Notes: generated from the letters alone by a model not told the origin. DNA of 64,000 nucleotides from an uncultured Pelagibacteraceae bacterium (GCA_902624015.1 CACNVV010000002.1:25325-89324); one strand, 5' to 3'. Positions 10,277-21,003 are shown, counted from the first letter of the stretch. A program made the numbers and translations.

Positions 10277-11561
10277 TTATATACTTTTTAGTTATTTGAT
10301 TAAAATAATACCCTCTATCTTCAAAATTTTTAAAACTATCGAATGAAGCTCCAGCTGGACTGAAAAAAATAATATTTTTTTTAGATTGTTGAATATTAAT
10401 TTCTGAAAAAATAACTTTTAAAGTTTCTTGTAAATTTTTAAAATTTTTAATTTTTAATCTATTTTTTAAAATTTTTATAAATTTTCTATGATGCGATCCA
10501 AAAATATAAGCTTTGATATTTTTACACTTTATTTTTGATAGTTTAAATTTATCTCCCTTTTTGGGAATTCCTCCTAAAATCCAATATGCATCATTTAAAT
10601 TTTTTAATATATTTTCCGAGGAAGCAAAGCTTGTAGATTTAGAGTCGTTAATTATTGTAAGGTTTTTTTTATCAAATATAATTTGTTGTCTGAAATCAAG
10701 GCCTTTAAATTTGTTAATGGTCTTAATTAATTTTTTGTAATTAAGTTTTAATCTTGGAGCAATTTTTAATATAAATGATAAATTTTCTTTATTGCCATCA
10801 GATAAAAAATATTTATTCGTAATTTTATTAAACTTTTTATCTATACTTGAGGTCTGTACTCTGTAGATTTTTGAACTATATTTATTTTTATATAATTTTT
10901 TAGTTATTAATTCATCCTCTTTTTTTACATATGCAAAAGATCCGCTTATTTGAGATTTTAATAAATTAAATTTTGCATTTACATAATTTTTTAAACTTTT
11001 ATGTCTCTCAATGTGGTCTGCAGTTATGTTTAAAATTACAGCATATTTTGATCTAAATACGCTACTGTAATCTAGTTGATAAGAAGAAGCCTCTATTACA
11101 AAGATTGTTTTTTTTGTAATATTTTTTTCTGATAATGCTGGATTACCAATATTCCCAATAAGTCTTGAGTCTCTTTTTTGATCGATTAAAACATCATGTA
11201 AAATTTTAGCAGTTGTAGATTTACCGTTAGTTCCAGTAATCGTAATACTTTCATTGTTATAAAATGAAAACAAAACGTCAAGGTCGGTATGAATTTTTTT
11301 ATAATTTTTCTTTAGAAATTTTGATAATTTACAATTTGAGATATCAATTCCAGGACTAATAATAATTCTATCAAAATTTATTTTTTGGATTTGCTCCAGT
11401 TTAATAATTTTTTTTTTAGGTTTAAATTTAATTTTTTTATTGTCATCAAACAAATATACATCAGACTTGTTTTTTAAAAACTTATAAGATGAAAGACCGC
11501 TCTTTCCTAAACCATAAATTAATATTTTTTTTCTTAAAAAAATATTATTAAATATTTTCAT
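10263..11561 (-). CDS. murD: UDP-MurNAc-L-Ala--D-Glu ligase
   Basis: GLGKSG, GTNGKST, GNIG, EASSYQL, DSKST, SPAGASFD. Start moved to ATG at 11561, which overlaps the mraY stop (TAATG). Confidence 0.95.
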   Translation of the reverse strand: MKIFNNIFLRKKILIYGLGKSGLSSYKFLKNKSDVYLFDDNKKIKFKPKKKIIKLEQIQKINFDRIIISPGIDISNCKLSKFLKKNYKKIHTDLDVLFSFYNNESITITGTNGKSTTAKILHDVLIDQKRDSRLIGNIGNPALSEKNITKKTIFVIEASSYQLDYSSVFRSKYAVILNITADHIERHKSLKNYVNAKFNLLKSQISGSFAYVKKEDELITKKLYKNKYSSKIYRVQTSSIDKKFNKITNKYFLSDGNKENLSFILKIAPRLKLNYKKLIKTINKFKGLDFRQQIIFDKKNLTIINDSKSTSFASSENILKNLNDAYWILGGIPKKGDKFKLSKIKCKNIKAYIFGSHHRKFIKILKNRLKIKNFKNLQETLKVIFSEINIQQSKKNIIFFSPAGASFDSFKNFEDRGYYFNQITKKYINAKR

Positions 11562-12646
11562 TATCTTAATTTTAAGGTAGCTAAACCAATCATTGCAAGG
11601 ATGATAGAGATAATCCAAAACCTAATTACAACTGTAGATTCTGGCCATCCCTTTTTCTCAAAATGATGATGAATAGGCGCCATTCTAAAAATTCTTTTTC
11701 CAGTAAGTTTAAACGAAATCACCTGAACCATTACTGAAACTGCCTCTAGTACAAAAAGTCCACCAGTAATAGCTAAAACAATTTCATGCTTTGTGATAAT
11801 TCCTACTGCACCTAAAGATCCTCCAAGAGATAATGAACCTGTATCACCCATAAAAATTTTAGCAGGTGGAGCATTGAACCACAAGAAACCTAGACAAGAG
11901 CCAATAATTGCCCCACAAAAAATTGCTACTTCACCTGTTCCTTCGATGTAGGGAATTTGTAAATAATTTGAAAATACGATATTTCCAGTAACATAACTTA
12001 TAAATGCAAAACATGCAGCAACTAAAATTACAGGCACTGTTGCTAGACCATCCAATCCATCTGTAAGGTTAACAGCATTAGATGAACCTATGATTACGAA
12101 TATTGCAAATGGTATAAAAAACCATCCAAGGTTTATGATTAAATTTTTAAAGAATGGAAAATATAAATTATTTAAATCTTGATAATCGTTTAAATAAACA
12201 AAAAAACTTACACCAACAATTGCTAATATTATTTGTGAAATTATTTTAAACTTTGATGAAATTCCTGATGAGCTACTATGTTTAATCTTCTTAAAGTCAT
12301 CATAAGCTCCCAATAAACCAAAAGTAATTGCTATGTAGACACAAAATAAAATATTAATATTTGATAAATCTGCCCAAAATATTACTGATACCAACAAGCC
12401 GAATAGAATTATTAAACCTCCCATTGTTGGTGTACCAATTTTTTTAACTATATGATCCTCAGGTCCGTCGTTCCTTATTGGATTTAAAATTTTTTGTTTT
12501 GAAAAAAATTTAATAAAAGGACCTCCAATAATCAGCACAATAACCAATGAGGTGAAAAAAGATAAACCTGTTCTAAAAGTTAAATATTTAAATACATTTA
12601 AAAAACTAAATGTATCAACAAAATTTAATAAAAATTGATAAAGCAT
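11561..12646 (-). CDS. mraY: Phospho-N-acetylmuramoyl-pentapeptide transferase
   Basis: GTPTMGG, NAVNLTDGLDGL, FMGDTGS, MAPIHHHFE. Confidence 0.98.
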   Translation of the reverse strand: MLYQFLLNFVDTFSFLNVFKYLTFRTGLSFFTSLVIVLIIGGPFIKFFSKQKILNPIRNDGPEDHIVKKIGTPTMGGLIILFGLLVSVIFWADLSNINILFCVYIAITFGLLGAYDDFKKIKHSSSSGISSKFKIISQIILAIVGVSFFVYLNDYQDLNNLYFPFFKNLIINLGWFFIPFAIFVIIGSSNAVNLTDGLDGLATVPVILVAACFAFISYVTGNIVFSNYLQIPYIEGTGEVAIFCGAIIGSCLGFLWFNAPPAKIFMGDTGSLSLGGSLGAVGIITKHEIVLAITGGLFVLEAVSVMVQVISFKLTGKRIFRMAPIHHHFEKKGWPESTVVIRFWIISIILAMIGLATLKLR

Positions 12647-15490
12647 CTAACGTAACCCTTTCAGACTTTTTACTATGTCATTGAATCCTGTCGCAAGTGA
12701 GGCTTTGATCATTAAATAATCATTATTATTTAAATCTTTTCTAATCAATTCAATAATTTGTGACTTATTCGATAAAATCCTTCCCTTTTTTACCTTTGAG
12801 ATGTTTTCAAATATTATTGAGGCTAATTTTCCTTTAACAAATACCTTGTCTATTTTGGTTTTATTAATTATTGGAGCAATAGATTGATGGAGTTTTTTAG
12901 AATGACTACCAAGCTCCAACATGTCACCAATTAGTAAATATTTATTTGATTTTTTTGAGTTTATTTTATCAAAATTTTTTATTGCTGATTTTAGTGAAAG
13001 AGGATTTGAATTATAACTTTGATCAATTAAATTAATTTTTTTATTATTAATTTTTACTACAGAATGGTCTCCTCTTCCTCCAGGAATTTTGAAATTTAGA
13101 AAAATATTCTCATTAAGTTCAAATATATTTTTATAAATACTAATAACTGCTAAAGCAGAAAGTGTATTATATACATTATTTTGAAAATCATTAGATAATG
13201 TGAAATACTTTTTTTTATTATTTAATCTAATATTGATTCTAAATTTTTTTCTAAAGGGCTTCAAATTAATTAATTTGATATCTGCTTTCTGATTTTTAAT
13301 ACCAAAAGAAACTACTTTAATTTTCTTTTCTTTGGCAATTTTTTTATGTAGTTGAAAAAAACTATCATCTGCATTCAATACAACATTACCATGAGGTTTT
13401 ATGTTATGAATGATTTCAGATTTTGCCAATGCAATTTGTTTAATATTTTTAAAATTTTTAGCGTGCGCATAATTTATGTTTGTTATTACTCCAACATCTG
13501 GTTCTATAATTTTTGATAAATAATCAATTTCGCCTTTTTTATCCATTCCAACTTCTAAAATTCCAAATTCATCATTTTGTTTTAAATTAAAAAGACTCAA
13601 AGGTACTCCAAATTTATTGTTATAAGATTTTGGAGAAATACTTACTTTCGTAATTTTACTCAATACATTGCCCAACAATTCTTTAAGTGTAGTTTTGCCA
13701 CAACTACCTGTGATAGCTATAATATTTGTATCAATACTTTTTCTAAAAGTTTTTGAAATATCTGTTAAAAATTTTAAAGTATCTTTAACTTTAATCTGAC
13801 GACTTTTATTTAATTTATTTTGAATTTTGTTTACTATAGCTAAAGATGCTTTTCTATTAAATGATTGTGCAACATATTTATTACCGTCGTTTTTTTTTCC
13901 TCTAATTGCAAAAAAAACATCATTTTTAGTGACTTCTTGAGAATTAATTCTTGCCATTTTTAAAGATGTAGTAGGAGACAATTTTTTAATTTTAACTACT
14001 TGTTTAACCAGATTTAATTTTAAGTTGTCTGATAAAGTATTATTTTTATTTTTAATAGCGTTTAAAATTACTTTTCTATCTGAAAAAAAAATTTTCTTAT
14101 TTCCAACATCTTGAGTTTTCTCATGGCCTTTCCCGGCAACTAACAAGATGTCGCCTGAGTTCAGATTATGAATAGCTTCTTTTATTGCTATTGCTCTATT
14201 TGAAATTTCGGTAATTCTTTTTTTTTTAATACCTTTTTTAATATCTCTTCTTATTTTTTCAGGATTTTCAAATCTAGGGTTATCATTTGTAAGAATGATA
14301 TTATCTGCAAAATTACTAGCTATTTTGCCCATTTTTGATCTTTTATTTTGATCTCTATTTCCGCCACATCCGAATAGCACTGTGATTATTTTATTGGGAA
14401 ATTGTTCTCTAAGATTTAAAAGACACGTTTTTAGAGCATCAGGGGTATGAGCATAATCAAGAATTACTTTAGATTGATTTTTAATTTTACCTATTTTTTC
14501 AAACCTTCCCTCAACTGGTTTTAATTTTGGAATTGTATTTAAAATTTTATCTATACTAATACCACTGTATTTTGCTGCAATTATTGCCATCAAAACATTT
14601 TTTAATTGTATTTTTCCAATTAAATTTAAATTTACATCCCTTATTGAGCTATTTAATTTTATTCTAAGAAATTGACCCTCTCCTTTAAAATTATGAGATA
14701 AAAGCTCTAGATTATTTTTCTCATCATTAAGTGTATGCAATTTTAATTTTTTATTAATTGCAATTTTTTTTATGTTTTTAAACTCAGGTATTAATTGATC
14801 TGTAATTACATTTCCTCTTTTTGAGATTAGATTTTCAAATAAATAAAGTTTTGCATTTAAATAGTTCTTTAAATTTTTATGATAATCAAGATGATCCTGA
14901 GATAGATTAGTAAATATACCTGAATTAAACTTTAAACCATCTAATCTATTTTGCTTTAAACCATGGCTTGAGGCCTCCATAATTACATTTTCTATTTTTT
15001 GATTTTTTAACTTACTTAATATTTTAGCCAATTTTATTGGATCTATTGTGGTATTAGATAAATTCAAATTAATACTTTTTGATTTAACACCTAATGTGCC
15101 AATTGAAGCACCTTTTTTATTATTTAATTTTAATATTTGATAATAAAAATCTGCAACTGATGATTTTCCGTTTGTACCAGTAACTGCAATTAAATTTTTT
15201 GGTTTTTTATTATAAATTTTAAAAGCAGTTTCAGCTAATAATTTTCTTATATTATTTGTATGAATATATAAAATTCCATTTTGAAATTTATTTACTTTAT
15301 TTTCAGTTACAATAATTTTAGATCCTTTTTTAATTGCTTTAGGTATATATTTATTACCATCAATACTATTTCCTTTAATTGCAAAAAAAATATTATTTTT
15401 TTTAATATTCTTCGTATCAAATGAAATTCCTGAAAAAGAAAAATTTTTATAATTTTTATTTATATTATGAAAGTAGTTTCCTAGAAGCAT
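12647..15490 (-). CDS. murE: Bifunctional MurE-MurF fusion ligase
   Basis: 947 aa. N-half: GTNGKSS, EASSHG, DHLDYH, DYAHTPD, DNPR, AGKGHE (MurE). C-half: GSCGKTT, SYNN..GVP, EVGM, DQSYNSNP, GDMLELG (MurF). Confidence 0.95.
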   Translation of the reverse strand: MLLGNYFHNINKNYKNFSFSGISFDTKNIKKNNIFFAIKGNSIDGNKYIPKAIKKGSKIIVTENKVNKFQNGILYIHTNNIRKLLAETAFKIYNKKPKNLIAVTGTNGKSSVADFYYQILKLNNKKGASIGTLGVKSKSINLNLSNTTIDPIKLAKILSKLKNQKIENVIMEASSHGLKQNRLDGLKFNSGIFTNLSQDHLDYHKNLKNYLNAKLYLFENLISKRGNVITDQLIPEFKNIKKIAINKKLKLHTLNDEKNNLELLSHNFKGEGQFLRIKLNSSIRDVNLNLIGKIQLKNVLMAIIAAKYSGISIDKILNTIPKLKPVEGRFEKIGKIKNQSKVILDYAHTPDALKTCLLNLREQFPNKIITVLFGCGGNRDQNKRSKMGKIASNFADNIILTNDNPRFENPEKIRRDIKKGIKKKRITEISNRAIAIKEAIHNLNSGDILLVAGKGHEKTQDVGNKKIFFSDRKVILNAIKNKNNTLSDNLKLNLVKQVVKIKKLSPTTSLKMARINSQEVTKNDVFFAIRGKKNDGNKYVAQSFNRKASLAIVNKIQNKLNKSRQIKVKDTLKFLTDISKTFRKSIDTNIIAITGSCGKTTLKELLGNVLSKITKVSISPKSYNNKFGVPLSLFNLKQNDEFGILEVGMDKKGEIDYLSKIIEPDVGVITNINYAHAKNFKNIKQIALAKSEIIHNIKPHGNVVLNADDSFFQLHKKIAKEKKIKVVSFGIKNQKADIKLINLKPFRKKFRINIRLNNKKKYFTLSNDFQNNVYNTLSALAVISIYKNIFELNENIFLNFKIPGGRGDHSVVKINNKKINLIDQSYNSNPLSLKSAIKNFDKINSKKSNKYLLIGDMLELGSHSKKLHQSIAPIINKTKIDKVFVKGKLASIIFENISKVKKGRILSNKSQIIELIRKDLNNNDYLMIKASLATGFNDIVKSLKGLR

Positions 15491-15492
15491 AA

Positions 15493-17184
15493 TTAATTAA
15501 CCTCTATATATTTTGTGGCTAAAATAGGCCCAATTTTATCTATGACTTTTCCAGCTACCTCTACTGAGGTCCAGCCAGCAGTATTATAAAGTGTACCCTT
15601 CCACCCTCCTTTTCGATGTCTATATTTATAATAATAATCTTTAGATTTTTTTGGAGTATCTAGCATTACAACAAAAACAAATTGTGGATTTGATGTAGGA
15701 AAAATGGAAGCAAAAGTATTTATTTTTGCCTCAGAATATGCTCCTCCCTCAGGTTGATCAGCAGTTCCTGTTTTTCCACCAATTTCATAATTTTGAACAT
15801 CTGCAAATTTAGCTGTCCCTTCCTCAGTATTTACAATTTTTCTCAAAGCGCTAACAACTTGTTCTGAAATACCTCTGTTTAATATTCTTTTATTTTTTTT
15901 ATTAAAATTATTTTCTTTATAAATTAATGTTGGCTTAATTTCATATCCACCATTTGATAAAACAGAATAACCTTTTGCTAATTGAAGAATTGTAGTTGCT
16001 ATTCCATGTCCAAAAGAAGCTGTAGCCAATCTGCATTTTCCAAAATCATAATTTTTTTGAGGAGCAACTTCTTCAATATCAAAATCTATATCACTTAACA
16101 CGCCAACTTTTTCTAAAAATAATTTAAATTTTTCTGGGCCAACTTTTTGGGCAATTTTTACTGATCCTATATTTCCAGATCTAACTAAAATTTGCTCAGC
16201 AGTTAAATCTGATGGTATTTCATTGTCGTACTCACCTATTCTGTATTTATCGCATTTAATTGATTTTGGTAAATCTACAAATTCAGTCCCTGGTTTAATT
16301 ACTTTTTCATTTAAGGCGCTAGCAAAAGTAAATGCTTTAAATACAGACCCGAGTTCATATGTTCCTTTAGTTACCCTGTTAATATAATTTACATCTGTAA
16401 TATTTTGTCTTTCATTTGGATTGAAGTCAGGCAAAGAAACTAATGATAAAATATTGCCATTGTTAACATCCATTAAAATAGCTGCACTACCTTTGCTTTT
16501 AAAAATTTCCTGATATTTAATTAATTCTTTTCTAATTAAAAATTGAATATCTTTATCTAATGTAAGTTTAATTGACTCTTTAGATTTTCTAAGTTCATCA
16601 TTTAACGATTTTTCTAATCCAGAAATACCATTATTATTATCATCTATCTGACCTAAAACATGACTAAAAAGATTTTTTTGAGGGTACATTCTGAGGACTT
16701 TTTCTTCTGGTATTAAAGACTTATCCCCTAATTTCATTATTTTTTCATAATTTTCCTCAGAAATTTTCTTCTCTAAATAAAAAAATTTCTTAGTTTTTAT
16801 TTTTTTTTTAATTTCATCAAAATTTTTATCAGGAAAAATAATATTTAAACTTAGGAGTAATTTTTTTTCATTAATTATATCTGAAGTTTTTAAACCAATA
16901 TCAATCGATTTAACTGTCTTAGCTAAATAATTTCCATTAATATCTATGATGTCTGCTCGATAAAGCTGATTTTTAGATCTAGGAAGATTATTGATTTGTT
17001 CTAATTTACTCTTTCGTGAACCTAAGTGAATTAGGTGTATTGTGTAAATTAAATAAATAATAAAAAAAACAAAGAAAATAAAAGCTACACGATTAAATTG
17101 AATATTTAATCCATTTTCTTTTTTCTTAAATGCAAAATCACTTTTATAGTCCTCTATAGTTAATTTCGATTTATTATCAGTCAT
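15493..17184 (-). CDS. ftsI: Penicillin-binding protein 3 (division transpeptidase)
   Basis: RADIID, GSVFK (SxxK), SGN (SxN), KTGT motifs; dcw position. Confidence 0.95.
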   Translation of the reverse strand: MTDNKSKLTIEDYKSDFAFKKKENGLNIQFNRVAFIFFVFFIIYLIYTIHLIHLGSRKSKLEQINNLPRSKNQLYRADIIDINGNYLAKTVKSIDIGLKTSDIINEKKLLLSLNIIFPDKNFDEIKKKIKTKKFFYLEKKISEENYEKIMKLGDKSLIPEEKVLRMYPQKNLFSHVLGQIDDNNNGISGLEKSLNDELRKSKESIKLTLDKDIQFLIRKELIKYQEIFKSKGSAAILMDVNNGNILSLVSLPDFNPNERQNITDVNYINRVTKGTYELGSVFKAFTFASALNEKVIKPGTEFVDLPKSIKCDKYRIGEYDNEIPSDLTAEQILVRSGNIGSVKIAQKVGPEKFKLFLEKVGVLSDIDFDIEEVAPQKNYDFGKCRLATASFGHGIATTILQLAKGYSVLSNGGYEIKPTLIYKENNFNKKNKRILNRGISEQVVSALRKIVNTEEGTAKFADVQNYEIGGKTGTADQPEGGAYSEAKINTFASIFPTSNPQFVFVVMLDTPKKSKDYYYKYRHRKGGWKGTLYNTAGWTSVEVAGKVIDKIGPILATKYIEVN

Positions 17185-17489
17185 TACTCTTTAATTATTT
17201 TAAAATTTTGGATTTTATTTACATCATTTGAAATATTATAGACTTTTATGTCGTTTATATTTTTTTGAATTAACTCATCCTCAAAATACTGAAACTGATA
17301 TTCAAGTAATCTTTCTGCAGAACTTAAATAATCATACTCTAATAATACATTTTCAAATTCAGATTTTAAAACTCTTATATTCTCTTTTACTGTAAATATT
17401 TCATCTTCAATCTGTTTGGTTGTATTTTTTATTATTGCAGTTGATAGAACTAAAAAAAAAATCACTACTGCTAAAGCAAACTTTTTCAC
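17184..17489 (-). CDS. ftsL: Cell division protein FtsL-like
   Basis: TM helix plus coiled coil ending [11 protein letters not shown]; between rsmH and ftsI; GTG start. Confidence 0.75.
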   Translation of the reverse strand: MKKFALAVVIFFLVLSTAIIKNTTKQIEDEIFTVKENIRVLKSEFENVLLEYDYLSSAERLLEYQFQYFEDELIQKNINDIKVYNISNDVNKIQNFKIIKE

Positions 17490-18496
17490 AGTTTGTCTCC
17501 GTAATTTTCAATTTCAATATAATTTCTGAATTGTTCCTCAATATCAGTATCAAAATTGTAAAAATCATTCTTTTTTATTACATATCTAAATTTAGCAGAT
17601 CTAGATGGTGGATTTTCATTTACCTCTTCAACTGAAGGAGTTATTGGTTTTTTTTGAATTAAATTAAATAATGTTTCTGCTTGTTTTACAACAGGGCTAT
17701 ATCGTGAAATACTTTTATTTTCAGAAAGACTTTTAAAAAAATATTTTACTATTTTGTCTTCTAAAGAGTGAAATGTAACTACACCTAAAACACCACCTTT
17801 TTTTAAAACTTTAGTGGCATTTATTAATCCAAAAATTAATTCACTTATCTCTTTGTTTACAAATATTCTAAGAGCCTGGAATACCTTGGTTGCATTATGA
17901 ACTTTAAAATTTTTCCTTTTTTTTGATTTGTCAATAATTTCCACTAATGATTTAGTATCAATTTTATTTTTTGATCTTTCTTTTATAATATTTCTTGAAA
18001 TATATTTTGCTTCTTTTTCATCTCCAAAAAATTTAAAAATTTTTTCTAATTCTTTTTCATCGAGTTTGTTGATTACATCTTCTGCTGAATATCTATTTAA
18101 TCCTAACTGCATATTTAATTTACCTCTGGCATCGAATGATAATCCTTTTTTTGGATCTTTTATTTGAGTATATGAATAACCAAGGTCAAAAATTACACCT
18201 CTTATATTTTCATTTTTAAGCTTTAAATTGCTTAATTGACTAAATTTTATATTTTTAAAAATAAATCTATCTTCAAAGTTTTCTTTTAATTGATTAGCAA
18301 TTTTTTCACTCTCTATGTCTCTATCAATAGCTATTACTTTTGTATTTTTAAAATCTAAAATTTTTTTGGAATAACCGCCTTGACCTAAAGTACAATCGAT
18401 AAATGTGCCACCATGTTGAGGGGAAATAACGCTAATAATTTCTTTTAGCAGTACCGGATAATGCTTTTGCATTTTCGGTACTATGGTGGCGTCCAT
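17486..18496 (-). CDS. rsmH: 16S rRNA m4C1402 methyltransferase
   Basis: [44 protein letters not shown]. Confidence 0.97.
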   Translation of the reverse strand: MDATIVPKMQKHYPVLLKEIISVISPQHGGTFIDCTLGQGGYSKKILDFKNTKVIAIDRDIESEKIANQLKENFEDRFIFKNIKFSQLSNLKLKNENIRGVIFDLGYSYTQIKDPKKGLSFDARGKLNMQLGLNRYSAEDVINKLDEKELEKIFKFFGDEKEAKYISRNIIKERSKNKIDTKSLVEIIDKSKKRKNFKVHNATKVFQALRIFVNKEISELIFGLINATKVLKKGGVLGVVTFHSLEDKIVKYFFKSLSENKSISRYSPVVKQAETLFNLIQKKPITPSVEEVNENPPSRSAKFRYVIKKNDFYNFDTDIEEQFRNYIEIENYGDKL

Positions 18497-18514
18497 TTAT
18501 CTCTTGGAAGACCA

Positions 18515-19996
18515 TTAATTTTTTTGTCTTCTTAAGAATGCTGGTATCTCAAGATCATCTTCTTCCTCTTCATCTGAATTCAATAAATCTTCAGGGCTTG
18601 AATTATCAGATTCTGAACTAAATAAATCTGGTGCATCTGAGTCAACTCCGAATTCTTTTAAATCATTAGAGGTTTCTTCTTCGTTTTTTATATCTTGATG
18701 ATCTTCATGGTTAGTTTCCATAGCTTCTTGAGCAAAAGATTTCTCCATTTCATTAACTGAACTATCCTGAACTATACTCTCGCTTTCCATGCTAGTATTT
18801 TGGACAACTTCGTCACTCATCATCTGATTATGAGAACTCTCAGTCTGTTGTTCTTGTATAATCTCATTTTCAAGTTTTAAAGCATTAGCACCATGTGTAA
18901 TTGGATTTGATCCTGTTGAGTTTGAAAAATTGAAAGATTGTGAGGATCCCATGTTTGAAAAATCAGAGTAACCTGGATTACGGTTTTGAATTCTATGAAC
19001 CATATTTACTACAGATTTTGATTCTGGCTGTTGCCCATCTAAAGAGGTAGCAACAATTGAAACTCTCATTTTTCCATCTAGCTCTGTATCAGTGATTGCA
19101 CCAATAATTAACTCTGCTTCAGGATCAACTTCAGCTCTTACTTTATTTACAGCTTCATCAACTTCAAAAAGTTTTAAATCTTTGCCGCCAGTAATATTTA
19201 CTAGTAATCCTTTTGCACCTTTTAAAGTGTAGTCATCTATTAATGGATTGCTAATTGCCATCTCAGCTGCTTTTAGAGCTCTACCTTCTCCTTCGGCTTC
19301 ACCTGTTCCCATCATAGCTTTACCCATTGCCGCCATCACAGTTTCAACATCAGCAAAATCTAAGTTAATTAGACCAGGTCTAACCATTAAGTCTGTAATA
19401 CTTTGAACGCCATGCATCAAAACATTATTTGAAAGATTAAAAGATTCTTCAAAAGTTGTTTGTTCATTTGCTATTTTAAACAAATTTTGATTTGGAATAA
19501 CAATTATTGTATCAACATGTTTTCTTAATTCCTCCAAACCTTGTTGCGCTCTTCTCATTCTAGAGGGGCCTTCATATAAAAATGGAAGAGTCACAACACC
19601 TACAGTTAGTATGTTTAATTCTTTAGCAGCTCTCGCGATGACATGAGCAGCACCAGTGCCCGTTCCACCACCCATACCAGCTGCAATAAAAACCATATTT
19701 GCACCTTGAAGAGTATTTACTATTTCATTTAAAGATTCATCAGCAGCTGCCTGACCAATATCAAGTTTTGCACCAGCCCCTAAACCTTTTGTTAAATTTA
19801 ATCCAATTTGAATTCTTGTTTTTGCTTTACTAAGCTTCAAATCTTGAGCATCAGTATTTACTGCAATAAATTCTACTCCTTGTAGATTATTTTCTATCAT
19901 TTCGTTAATTGCATTTCCGCCAGCTCCACCAACTCCTAAAACTAGTAGTCGTGGCTGTAGCTCTTTTATCTCTGGTGCTTTAAAGTTAATTGTCAT
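18515..19996 (-). CDS. ftsZ: Cell division GTPase FtsZ
   Basis: [22 protein letters not shown], long acidic linker, C-terminal [10 protein letters not shown]. Confidence 0.99.
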   Translation of the reverse strand: MTINFKAPEIKELQPRLLVLGVGGAGGNAINEMIENNLQGVEFIAVNTDAQDLKLSKAKTRIQIGLNLTKGLGAGAKLDIGQAAADESLNEIVNTLQGANMVFIAAGMGGGTGTGAAHVIARAAKELNILTVGVVTLPFLYEGPSRMRRAQQGLEELRKHVDTIIVIPNQNLFKIANEQTTFEESFNLSNNVLMHGVQSITDLMVRPGLINLDFADVETVMAAMGKAMMGTGEAEGEGRALKAAEMAISNPLIDDYTLKGAKGLLVNITGGKDLKLFEVDEAVNKVRAEVDPEAELIIGAITDTELDGKMRVSIVATSLDGQQPESKSVVNMVHRIQNRNPGYSDFSNMGSSQSFNFSNSTGSNPITHGANALKLENEIIQEQQTESSHNQMMSDEVVQNTSMESESIVQDSSVNEMEKSFAQEAMETNHEDHQDIKNEEETSNDLKEFGVDSDAPDLFSSESDNSSPEDLLNSDEEEEDDLEIPAFLRRQKN

Positions 19997-20006
19997 CTTT
20001 TATCCC

Positions 20007-20465
20007 CTATTGTTTGTTATGTTGAAGCTCCCATTTAAGATTACCACGATTAATATTTGCTTTTTTTCTCGCTGTTATCTTAAATTTTTCAAATGCTGTT
20101 GGTTCCCATATTTGAAATGTTTGGCCTTGACCAACAAACAACATGCTATTTTTTATTTTTGCATGTTTTAATAATTTTGATGAAAGTGAAATTCTGCCCT
20201 CACTATCAAATTGTAAATTTATACTTTCTGCTAATATTGATGTTGCAAAATAATCTCTTTTTTCCTCAAAGGGATTTAAAGAGTCAATTGCTGAAGAAAT
20301 TTTTTCAATTCTATCTTGGGAACATGCTTCTATAGATGAGTTATTAAAGGACGGATAACAAATAACGCCATTGTAACCTAAGTTGGATAAATGTGACCTA
20401 AAACTAGCAGGCACAGATACTCTCCCTTTTTTGTCTAATTTGTTTTCGTATGTTGATAAAAACAT
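20007..20465 (-). CDS. mraZ: Transcriptional regulator MraZ
   Basis: Two DxxGR repeats (LDKKGRVSVP, FDSEGRI) and FQIW. Confidence 0.96.
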   Translation of the reverse strand: MFLSTYENKLDKKGRVSVPASFRSHLSNLGYNGVICYPSFNNSSIEACSQDRIEKISSAIDSLNPFEEKRDYFATSILAESINLQFDSEGRISLSSKLLKHAKIKNSMLFVGQGQTFQIWEPTAFEKFKITARKKANINRGNLKWELQHNKQ

Positions 20466-20475
20466 AAAACATAAA

Positions 20476-20538
20476 TCCCTTTATTCCCATATAAATGGGA
20501 ATTTATGGGATATTATGGGTTTTACAACTAGACGTCAA
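20476..20538 (-). promoter_or_regulatory. dcw promoter (TTGACG-N17-TAATAT) overlapped by MraZ-type TGGGN boxes
   Basis: -35 at 20533-20538 and -10 at 20510-20515 on the minus strand. TGGGA/TGGGA/TGGGT on + at 20496, 20506, 20516 (10-bp period), with inverted copies at 20485-20489 and 20476-20480. Confidence 0.75.
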
Positions 20539-20646
20539 TACCTATTATTTTAGTACTGTTATCGTTTTAATAATAAAGAAAATAGAAATTGGTACTTATA
20601 AAATGAGAACAAACTAAGAAACTTATAGAGATATTTTTATTTGAAG

Positions 20647-21003
20647 TGCCAGATAAACTATAAGCCGGGTTCTGTCTTTTAAACTTATCATTTATCTAGG
20701 CTTAAGATCACTCTTAAGCTCAAGCAACTAACCCTGATGACTAGCCAAGGACGGCTTTTAGTTCTTAAACTATGTCATCTCTACTTAGTCTTGCTCCCAG
20801 TGGGGTTTTCCAGCGTTCATTGTTACCAATAGAACCGGTGTGCTCTTACCACACCTTTTCACCCTTGCCATGTTATGGCGGTTTATTTTCTGTGGCACTA
20901 TCCCTAGGGTTTCCCCCGCCAGGTATTACCTGGCACTGTGTCCTTGTAGAGCCCGGACTTTCCTCTTTAAATTAAATTAAAGCGATAAGTCATTTATCTG
21001 GCA
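20647..21003 (-). ncRNA. rnpB: RNase P RNA, bacterial class A
   Basis: Minus strand has GAGGAAAGTCCGGGC, AGTGCCACAGAAA, GGGTGAAAAGGTGTGGTAAGAGCAC and ACAGAACCCGGCTTA; terminal P1 pairing TGCCAGATAAA/TTTATCTGGCA. Confidence 0.97.

Noticed and set aside
11562-11618. N-terminal extensions in the ORF track (murD here; likewise the aminotransferase, uvrC, MarR, kinase and ubiK)
   Set aside because: Most upstream starts overlap neighbouring genes or promoters; downstream ATGs give better coupling and typical protein lengths
20772-20975. 67-aa ORF on the + strand
   Set aside because: Lies antisense within the RNase P RNA; open only because of higher local GC
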